Source: Trueperaceae bacterium (GTDB lineage Bacteria; Deinococcota; Deinococci; Deinococcales; Trueperaceae). From it: 23,751 nt of DNA. This document shows positions 7,601 through 13,286 of the stretch, piece after piece. Position 1 is the first letter of the stretch. Each line of letters begins with the position of its first letter. A program made the position numbers and the translations under genes. A model generated the notes under the pieces. The model ran no database searches, had not been told where the DNA came from, and saw only the letters and a program-made list of their open reading frames with translations. Location of the stretch: contig CBDCDZ010000003.1 of the NCBI GenBank assembly GCA_965215565.1, forward strand, positions 1 to 23,751, read 5' to 3'.

Positions 7601-8160
7601 ACGCCGGACTCGTGAGCGCGACCTTAGAAAACCTGAAAGCTAAACCGCTTGAAACCATAGGCGACAGTTTGAGCCATGCCGGACTCGAGCAAAAACTGGC
7701 GAGCAAGTCAGACGGTTTTAGGGACTACACCCTGCTACTCGTTAGCGTTTCGAGCATGTGTAATTACAGCCGTCACCGACGCGAAAACTGGCGTTTCGGG
7801 CAACAAACGGATATAAAGAATCTTGTTAGCAATTTGTTGCCCGAAATCGCCGTATTAGCGTCAGGGACAGGGTTAATTACCGCTACTGAAAAAGCTAACG
7901 ACATCTCACCGTCTGAAACGACCTCACCCCCGGCGCGGCGCTACGAACCGACCCTGGCAAATGAGCGCGTCAGCCCCTGGAAAACGCCCGGATATGAAGC
8001 GCTACGGGCGCTCGTCCGCGAACAAAGACAAAGCGAGTCACGCACACAACTACTTGAAACCTTCAGATGGGCGGACTCAGGCGACGCGGCGGCGCTGGGC
8101 GACCTCGCCGGATATCTGCAAAATCCGCAGGTGCAAAGGCTGTTAGGAATGAGCGCATGA
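4654..8160 (+). CDS. Replication initiator: TOPRIM primase fused to a UL9/CyRepA1-like superfamily-2 helicase, 1168 aa
   Basis: TOPRIM motifs CEGVATG, WADFD, GDFNDL; helicase motifs APQESGKT (Walker A), VVTHRESLA (Ia), LVLDESEQ (Walker B), ADAN (III), SPSVQTGLS (V), QALMRAR (VI); GTGA coupling. Confidence 0.88.
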   Translation: MTDTLTQAIEHADLREIIDDLYPDAGVHLGAFKQRIGAPWRGGDNPEVVSLNSKTARDHKAAETYTPFTFLTEVAGYSKGEAATYLIGRAGLANTPQAKRKAARRKRQDKTADVRAEAMRARRQAEALALQQTAPTEGVSTYLGRKGVTEVFSTHRVAPAKLPNGKTVPGMVYSADKHGAFVQLVLHDLEGIVTGYQRLYDGERGKQFVYGSKTTGAFVLLEPSGGLPKTAKALGNLELGVCEGVATGASICLARPHTAMFCSLSAGNLAAVTEALRGHYGYTYREKARKKDDYKSRFAVDLTVWADFDESRTGQIEAHRAALASGCHVRLPKFKHGYGDFNDLHKAKGLEAVKRTRKVTPDVTLAFAKELGKQKLSADKHLAPFALPDSGAALIVRAPQESGKTHRLAELLDDTHMAVLVVTHRESLARNLAARLRFECYNDYSAHMLRDIPQLVICFDSLQKLELNGQLPSYDLLVLDESEQVLQHTTGRHIKRKAQNFGVFEHYLKTAPRIIAADANAGRLTHDTLKRYNPERVITWHRHEHHVAAGRRLRFTHDRDDVLDALEAETRPAWLAADSLRFTRDVDAYLGDPATLTINSETSTTDAAAAYLLDPTGQAKAHERMIASPSVQTGLSDDSGHWQHVLGSFTGYSSTPQDAMQALMRARRVSELTVYATRGRGEPMSVQEALDDAAAADDHEAKGLKRDSYGDQNPSYDRLQAEVTSQRSWRQADYKTGLALEVARLGFSVTCDVACDLKPAEVERRDDRRTALKEAGLERYVRDRVAAERIDEARAKLLDDKYTRTQPEHFALEQYQLRAFYRLPDDVPDDHLAEMLRVDDYKALREKVIRYENFLEPREVAEARASGDLEAGVLRGDTKAHLLRFDYHRELGKVVGMNAETEAHAETWQTEQDRLEGELHSLTAEAKDAQTRRKGELLKQIAKLETDLAAHRLKDVGTTYNAKSDTVKAFVKWCCKHYRALKHAGLVSATLENLKAKPLETIGDSLSHAGLEQKLASKSDGFRDYTLLLVSVSSMCNYSRHRRENWRFGQQTDIKNLVSNLLPEIAVLASGTGLITATEKANDISPSETTSPPARRYEPTLANERVSPWKTPGYEALRALVREQRQSESRTQLLETFRWADSGDAAALGDLAGYLQNPQVQRLLGMSA
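7794..7846. repeat. Perfect 14-bp inverted repeat around a 25-bp AT-rich spacer inside rep; candidate replication origin
   Basis: TTTCGGGCAACAAA (7794-7807) / TTTGTTGCCCGAAA (7833-7846); spacer 17/25 A+T. Confidence 0.7.
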
Positions 8161-8348
8161 CGACCCGAAAAGCAAAACAGCCGCGTCTACTCCCTAACCT
8201 GGCACCTATTCAGGACAGCGACGCGCTAGGTATAGACGACCTGACGACCCGCTACAAATGCAGGTGTGGCAACACGGCCCAAACCGGCATCCGTTTAGAT
8301 GAAATCGTCTGCACCCGTTGCGGCGCTGCAATGAAGGCGACCTCATGA
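8157..8348 (+). CDS. Small Zn-ribbon protein, 63 aa (CxC...CxxC)
   Basis: MTTRKAK...YKCRCG...VCTRCGAAM; ATGA overlap with the rep stop. Confidence 0.7.
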   Translation: MTTRKAKQPRLLPNLAPIQDSDALGIDDLTTRYKCRCGNTAQTGIRLDEIVCTRCGAAMKATS

Positions 8349-8533
8349 CGACCCGACAAACTGCCGAAACGGTGTTATTCGACAAGCCCGTAGGAACGTC
8401 ATCATTTGTCATCAAACCGACGCGCCGCCGCGTTGACGCGACCTACTGCCCACGTTGTCAGAGTTGGGTAGAAGTGCGCCTAAACCCTGTCAGGCTGCAC
8501 TGCACGGGCTGTCAGCGTGAGGCTAGGCCGTGA
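8345..8533 (+). CDS. Small Zn-ribbon protein, 62 aa (CxxC...CxxC)
   Basis: MTTRQTA...YCPRCQ...HCTGCQ; ATGA overlap. Confidence 0.7.
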   Translation: MTTRQTAETVLFDKPVGTSSFVIKPTRRRVDATYCPRCQSWVEVRLNPVRLHCTGCQREARP

Positions 8534-8682
8534 GTGAAGTCGTAGACGTGCCGACCATAGCTCATGGCACAAGCGAAACGCTAATACCCCATAGCAAAAC
8601 CGGCGCACCGCTACCTGTGCTGTCACTTAGTAGCGCCCTGGCATCTGCTGGGGCTGTACATCATGGAACTGAACAGCCTTAA
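8530..8682 (+). CDS. Possible 50-aa coupled ORF (MSEVVDVPTIAHG...)
   Basis: GTGA overlap with the upstream stop, open to TAA 8680-8682; below the ORF-track length cutoff; no recognisable motif. Confidence 0.35.
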   Translation: MSEVVDVPTIAHGTSETLIPHSKTGAPLPVLSLSSALASAGAVHHGTEQP

Positions 8683-8725
8683 TGATTAAACATCATGGGG
8701 TGCAACAGAGACGGGGGGGCTGACC

Positions 8726-9037
8726 ATGCCCGGAGACACGAAACCGCACCTAGCAAGGCAGGGTAAAAAACGCAACCGACGCCCGAAACCCGGCACCGTC
8801 AAGCAGCTCAGCGCGGTGTTGTGGCGAGCGATCACGCACCTTGAGGAACACTTAGACGAGGTTACAACCGCCGAAACGGTAGATACTGCCGAGCTGTGCA
8901 AACTCACGCACGCCTTATCGCAGTCCGCAAGCACCTACTTGAAAGCGGTTGAGGTTGGTGAACTGGAAGCGAGACTCGAGGCACTAGAGAAAGCCCAGGC
9001 CGTCACTCAAGACACGCCGGGGCGTTGGGCCGCATGA
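8726..9037 (+). CDS. Helical protein, 103 aa, with basic N-terminus and C-terminal ELEARLEALE coiled coil (possibly terminase-small-subunit-like)
   Basis: GKKRNRRPKPG basic patch, two helices, then YLKAVEVGELEARLEALEKAQ; G-rich RBS. The TerS likeness is from architecture only. Confidence 0.7.
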   Translation: MPGDTKPHLARQGKKRNRRPKPGTVKQLSAVLWRAITHLEEHLDEVTTAETVDTAELCKLTHALSQSASTYLKAVEVGELEARLEALEKAQAVTQDTPGRWAA

Positions 9038-9077
9038 GTAAATGCAGTATTTTCAGGCTAAAAAAAGAGACGCAAGC

Positions 9078-9266
9078 ATGAACTTACGCAGACGTTTAGA
9101 CCGGCTGACTCCGGCACGTCCTGAGCGGTGCGAGCTGCACGTCTACCTGTTCGACTACGGCGGCGATACTGCGACCGGCCCGAACGGTGAGCGTATGACA
9201 ACGGCTGAAGCTGAGCAGAGGCAACAGGACGCGGCGCTCGTAATCGATTTGAGGCACAACCTGTGA
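9078..9266 (+). CDS. RLxxL-tag small protein 1 (MNLRRRLDRLT), 62 aa
   Basis: The start at 9078 aligns the shared N-terminal tag with the next four genes. Confidence 0.75.
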   Translation: MNLRRRLDRLTPARPERCELHVYLFDYGGDTATGPNGERMTTAEAEQRQQDAALVIDLRHNL

Positions 9267-9496
9267 GACTCAAAACGAGACTAGACCGGCTCGAGCAAAC
9301 CGTCCCTAGTGGCGAGCTGCTAAGACACCACCTGTCTACCCGCGCCTTAGAGGTGAGCTGGCAGGTGCTAGAGCGGCGTTCGTTTTGTGCTAGCCCTGAA
9401 GTTATAGACGCGGTTACGGCTGGTCTGTTAGCCCGTCCCGACTGTGACCTGGCGATTAGGCAACGGGTAGAGGCAAAGGTGAACCGTGAGACTTAG
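9263..9496 (+). CDS. RLxxL-tag small protein 2 (MRLKTRLDRLE), 77 aa
   Basis: GTGA overlap; shared tag. Confidence 0.78.
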   Translation: MRLKTRLDRLEQTVPSGELLRHHLSTRALEVSWQVLERRSFCASPEVIDAVTAGLLARPDCDLAIRQRVEAKVNRET

Positions 9497-9680
9497 AACT
9501 CGGTTAGACCGGCTCAAGACTTCAGCCCCGACCCGTCACGAGGTATGGGCGCAAGACGACGATCTGCCCGACCTGTATCACTGTAAAGAGCTGACCTTAA
9601 ACGGTGACGCACTCAGTAAACGAGCGGACGCTAGCCCCGGCTTGCAAGTTATCCGTATCGTTTGGGAGAGCGTCACATGA
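9486..9680 (+). CDS. RLxxL-tag small protein 3 (MRLRTRLDRLK), 64 aa
   Basis: 11-nt overlap with the upstream gene; shared tag. Confidence 0.78.
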   Translation: MRLRTRLDRLKTSAPTRHEVWAQDDDLPDLYHCKELTLNGDALSKRADASPGLQVIRIVWESVT

Positions 9681-9844
9681 ACCGTGCTAAGCGTTTAGAG
9701 AAGCTCGAGCGTAAAGCTGTCCCGACACACCCGGCGCTGCTGTTTATGACCGCTGACGGGTTGCGAGATACCCATAACCGACCGGTAGACCATGCGCTAG
9801 TGGGTGCGAAAGTCATTATCGGCTTAGACCCGAGAGACATGTAA
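9677..9844 (+). CDS. RLxxL-tag small protein 4 (MNRAKRLEKLE), 55 aa
   Basis: ATGA overlap, GGGAG RBS; shared tag. Confidence 0.75.
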   Translation: MNRAKRLEKLERKAVPTHPALLFMTADGLRDTHNRPVDHALVGAKVIIGLDPRDM

Positions 9845-9847
9845 GCC

Positions 9848-10312
9848 GTGAGGCTTAGGGGACGCCTAGACAAGCTCGAGACTGAGACCGTAGCGCACTG
9901 GCACGCGGCCTGGGAGAGTTATAGCGAACGCCTGTTCTATCACACCGACCCTTTACTAGACCCGTTACGCGCCGCTGCTACTGAAGCCGAGGCGCAAGGG
10001 CTATTCAAGGATGAGGCAGCCCTAAACGCCTCGTGTGACGTGTTCTGCGAATGTATCGGTATCCCCAGTCCGTTTGCGCTGTCAGCGTGGGAGGCAAAGT
10101 CAGAACTACCCGACCTTGACGCACCGCCTGACTTAACCCGCTGGCCTCACCATTTAGCTGAGCCACCGCCCGAACCGTTAGGGGTTAGAGAGAAGCTCGA
10201 GCCCTACAAAACTAGCCCTGACATCCGCGAGAGTTTACCGGCGCTGCTGTATCTGTTCTGGTTAGCTTATGCGCGGGCGCGTCGTGAGTATCAGACGGTT
10301 GTCAAAAGTTAA
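9848..10312 (+). CDS. RLxxL-tag protein 5 (MRLRGRLDKLE), 154 aa
   Basis: GTG 3 nt after the upstream stop; shared tag; Pro/Trp-rich middle and hydrophobic C-terminal helix LPALLYLFWLAYA. Confidence 0.8.
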   Translation: MRLRGRLDKLETETVAHWHAAWESYSERLFYHTDPLLDPLRAAATEAEAQGLFKDEAALNASCDVFCECIGIPSPFALSAWEAKSELPDLDAPPDLTRWPHHLAEPPPEPLGVREKLEPYKTSPDIRESLPALLYLFWLAYARARREYQTVVKS

Positions 10313-10360
10313 GGGTCGCCGGAGTCTATAACAAAGAGTCTATAAACGGCGACCCCTTTG
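10313..10360 (+). terminator. Stem-loop directly after the operon; the loop is a tandem GAGTCTATAA repeat
   Basis: GGGTCGCCG (10313-10321) / CGGCGACCC (10347-10355), then CTTTG; the 25-nt loop is atypical for a simple terminator. Confidence 0.5.
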
Positions 10361-10433
10361 TAATGGTTAAGGGTTGCCCGTGCCGGTTGCTGCTCTTTTG
10401 TCTCGAGTGCATATCAAGGAGTGCATAAACCGC
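10322..10433 (+). repeat. Two 29-bp bipartite elements, each with two GAGTnnATA half-sites 14 bp apart
   Basis: GAGTCTATAACAAAGAGTCTATAAACGGC (10322) versus GAGTGCATATCAAGGAGTGCATAAACCGC (10405). Confidence 0.75.
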
Positions 10434-10581
10434 TTGTATGTCCTGTAAACACAGCCCTATTTTGTAGAACAGGTATTCTCGGTACTCCGTAGCGCACTCA
10501 GCAACTACGCACGACTACCAGACATGATAGCTATCTATCCCGCTACTCGCCGGATAGCGACGTGCTACCGTTGCCCGATAA

Positions 10582-11142
10582 ATGGCAGAACAGCCCGAAC
10601 CATCCGAAACCCTTTACTCAGCTCGTGAGGTTGCAACCGAGTTGGGTTTAGGCGCGGCGATGCTGAGACGCTACGCCTCAACCTACGAAACGGTATCAGG
10701 CGACGCGATCACGGTGCATCGTCGGGACGGGCGGCTATTTACTGAGGAACAAGTAAAAGTCTTAGTGCAGGCTCGTGCCTTGGTTATGCAGACTTCAGTA
10801 GACGTTGAAACTGCCGTCAAGCAAGCCCTAGATAAACCGCTACAGGTTGCGCCGGTTGCCCTGGCACAAAGTAGCGCACAGGGTAGCGACGCCCTGATAG
10901 CGGCCCTTACAGCCGCACAGAGAGAAGCTAACGCGCCGCTACTGGGTGAGTTGCGCGGTATCCGGGAAAGCTTGGAACGCCTCGAGGGTTTACAGGCTAG
11001 ACAGTTGGTAGAACCCGAAACTGCCGCGCAGGTTAAGCGGTTAGACAACCTTCAGGCGAAGGCCCGCGAAACTGCCGAGACGAGCGAACACGGGCCGGTG
11101 GTGCGCTTGGTACTATGGCTCGAGCGGGTGTTACGGCGCTAA
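10582..11142 (+). CDS. MerR-type HTH / coiled-coil protein with amphipathic C-terminal helix; candidate single-protein partition factor
   Basis: YSAREVATELGLGAAMLRRYA...RRDGRLFTEEQV (MerR-like wHTH); coiled coil LLGELRGIRESLERLE; tail VVRLVLWLERVLRR. Confidence 0.75.
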   Translation: MAEQPEPSETLYSAREVATELGLGAAMLRRYASTYETVSGDAITVHRRDGRLFTEEQVKVLVQARALVMQTSVDVETAVKQALDKPLQVAPVALAQSSAQGSDALIAALTAAQREANAPLLGELRGIRESLERLEGLQARQLVEPETAAQVKRLDNLQAKARETAETSEHGPVVRLVLWLERVLRR

Positions 11143-11289
11143 ATTGCTACGGTTCACATATCGGATTTGAAAACGAGAAAATACGCTGACCTGCTCTTGA
11201 GTCATAGAGTTATGCCCACTTTTTAAGTGCAAGATTCTTCTGTTATTAGGAGATAGCCCTGACTTACAATATGTGTAGAAGGAGAATCT

Positions 11290-12027
11290 ATGAAACTTGC
11301 TCGCCTGTTACCCTTTGCCCTCACGCTCTTGCTTGCCGCCTGCGGTGGCGACGGCCCTACCCCCGTGCCACCGACCGAACCCACGCCGCCCGTAGCGCCG
11401 CCGACCACACCAGTAGACCCGCCGACGGCACCAACGCCGCCGCCCGTACCGCCTCCCACGACCCCTACACCTCCGACAACACCTTTTGACGGACAGTACG
11501 CAGGCGATTGGATTTGGGTTGCTGTTTTGCCGGACGACTCGACCCGTACCGGATACTTAACGATTACCGAGGTTGCCGATATTATTCCTTCGTTTACAGG
11601 GGAGCAGGGAGGCTATTTGGAGTGTGATAACAACGATTGCGAGTCCGCACTAGCTAACCCGTCAAGGCAAGGCACTGGAGGTATTGGCACCTCCACTTTT
11701 GAAGGCGCGGAAAGCTTGACCGCGCTTTTTGAAAGTGATGATGGCTTCTTAGAAGTTATTGCTTTCGACCAAGATAATCGCCTTGGAAACGAGATTGACA
11801 GCGCTCTTACAACGTTTATTGGCCCAGGTGGATTTTACTCGGGGCCTGATGATGATGACGGCACTGATGTTGTCTTTGGTATAGGGCAGGTAAATGAAGC
11901 GCCTCTTTTGCCGCTCAGCTTTGAAAGCTTAGGGCTGAGTCAAAAAGAAATTGACGCGGTACGCGCTTACCAAAAGACAAGTGAGTACTCGAGCGCTCGC
12001 CAGCAGATTAGAGCTTTGGCCCGCTGA
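11290..12027 (+). CDS. Lipoprotein with Pro/Thr-rich linker and acidic C-terminal domain, 245 aa
   Basis: Signal peptide II with lipobox LAA-C18-GG; about 45-aa PT-rich stalk; AGGAGA RBS. Confidence 0.88.
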   Translation: MKLARLLPFALTLLLAACGGDGPTPVPPTEPTPPVAPPTTPVDPPTAPTPPPVPPPTTPTPPTTPFDGQYAGDWIWVAVLPDDSTRTGYLTITEVADIIPSFTGEQGGYLECDNNDCESALANPSRQGTGGIGTSTFEGAESLTALFESDDGFLEVIAFDQDNRLGNEIDSALTTFIGPGGFYSGPDDDDGTDVVFGIGQVNEAPLLPLSFESLGLSQKEIDAVRAYQKTSEYSSARQQIRALAR

Positions 12028-12141
12028 TAGTTTTAGCAACTTTTGACGAAAGGGCACCCGAAAGCGCTCTTTTCCAACTCACCCTATGAACCCTAATGCT
12101 CGCCCTATCTGGTGCTGGGTGGGCAACGGTGCGATAACGGC

Positions 12142-12423
12142 TTACGCTGCGACCGCCATAACGTTTGCAATCGGGACAAGGCTATGAACCTCATCCCAGA
12201 CGCCGTAATCAACCCGCTCGACCTGCGTAGTGAAGGCGTAAGGCTGTGGCGAGAACACGACCTCATCTCGGATAAGGTCAGCGAAAGCGACGCGCCGGTT
12301 TACCTTGTCGGCACCTTCGACGAGAGCGTACCCGTAAGAGAGGGTGCTCGAGACTGCAACCACTACGCCGAGCCCCTTTACCGTTGCGCCTAAAAGCTTT
12401 GTTTGTCTGGGTGTATTCTGCAC
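12142..12423 (-). CDS. Hypothetical protein, 93 aa (copy 2)
   Basis: Identical to 1146-1427. Confidence 0.7.
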   Translation of the reverse strand: MQNTPRQTKLLGATVKGLGVVVAVSSTLSYGYALVEGADKVNRRVAFADLIRDEVVFSPQPYAFTTQVERVDYGVWDEVHSLVPIANVMAVAA

Positions 12424-12546
12424 TTGGAACTCCGTTTCTAGCTGAGCAGTTAAGTTGTCCAGACCGGACTGCTTAGCTATCTTTATACTACTGCAATGTC
12501 AGTAGTATTGCAAGTACCATAGCGGCGTGTGTGCTACTATACAGAC

Positions 12547-12924
12547 ATGGTTACTTGGAAACTACGCGACTACCTAGACGCGCACAACGTCAGCGCCTAC
12601 GCCCTCAGCAAGTCAACCGACCTAGCACCCAGCACTGTCTACGCCCTTGCACGCGGCGACCAGGGCCGGGTAGACCTAGCGGTGCTCGACAAAGTGCTAG
12701 CAGCTTTAGAGCAGCTCACCGGGCAAACCGTGACGTTTAACGACCTGTTAGAACGTCAGAGGCAAGACGACGCTGCAATCTTAAAAGAAGATGAGGACTT
12801 GCTGTTAGCGTCCGGTACTGCCGACTTGCAAGAAACACTAGACGAGATAGAAGCCGACCTGCCAGCGGGTGAGGTAGATACCTGGCTCGAGTCATTCCGT
12901 CAAGCGGCTGACGCAAACGGGTGA
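12547..12924 (+). CDS. XRE-HTH/acidic probable antitoxin (copy 2)
   Basis: Identical to 1551-1928. Confidence 0.8.
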   Translation: MVTWKLRDYLDAHNVSAYALSKSTDLAPSTVYALARGDQGRVDLAVLDKVLAALEQLTGQTVTFNDLLERQRQDDAAILKEDEDLLLASGTADLQETLDEIEADLPAGEVDTWLESFRQAADANG

Positions 12925-13286
12925 ACCCACGCAAACCGTACCCCCGGCAGAGCATTGTGCTCGTCCGGCTTGACCCGGTAGTAGGCAGTGAACAGGGCAA
13001 AGTGCGCCCGTGCATCGTCGCTACTGACGCCGCAACCGTCCGGCAGTCTCGAGCCCGTTTGCTCTACTCGGTTGTGCCGTTGACGCACTCCCAGACCTTA
13101 GTAGGGCCGTTAGCACCGCGCATAAAGGCCCGTGCGGGCGGCTCACCGTCTGACGGGGTAGCACTTTGTATGCACGTCCGCACGGTAGACCCGGCGCGGG
13201 TAGTCGGCTACGTCGGCACGCTCGACGAGGACGAGTATCAACCTGTCAGCCGAGGTTTGGGCGTGCTGCTGGGGCTTTCGTCGTGA
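12921..13286 (+). CDS. mazF: PemK/MazF toxin (copy 2)
   Basis: Identical to 1925-2290. Confidence 0.92.
   Translation: MNPRKPYPRQSIVLVRLDPVVGSEQGKVRPCIVATDAATVRQSRARLLYSVVPLTHSQTLVGPLAPRIKARAGGSPSDGVALCMHVRTVDPARVVGYVGTLDEDEYQPVSRGLGVLLGLSS

Larger units (their letters stand above)
1..10997. mobile_element. Copy 1 of a 10,996-bp plasmid-like / satellite-like replicon (one extra T at 396-397)
   Basis: The sequence starting TAGACAGTTGGTAG at 1 recurs at 10998 and 21994. The unit carries a primase-helicase Rep, a TA pair, an Xis-like HTH and a partition-like gene, and no housekeeping genes. Confidence 0.85.

Noticed and set aside
4258..8146. Several antisense and alternate-frame ORFs inside rep and its upstream gene
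   Set aside because: Typical shadow ORFs of GC-rich coding DNA, with no independent signals.
9042..9077. ORF-track starts at 9042 (and 9662) for tagged genes
   Set aside because: Starts at 9078 and 9677 are ATGA-coupled and place the tag in the same register as the other members.
9078..9880. Tag repeats read as a CRISPR array or integron attC cassette array
   Set aside because: The repeats are degenerate, in-frame coding and non-palindromic, spaced 170-225 bp apart; there is no cas gene or integron integrase in the complete unit.
10683..11048. Minus-strand 121-aa ORF
   Set aside because: Antisense shadow of the MerR-HTH gene.
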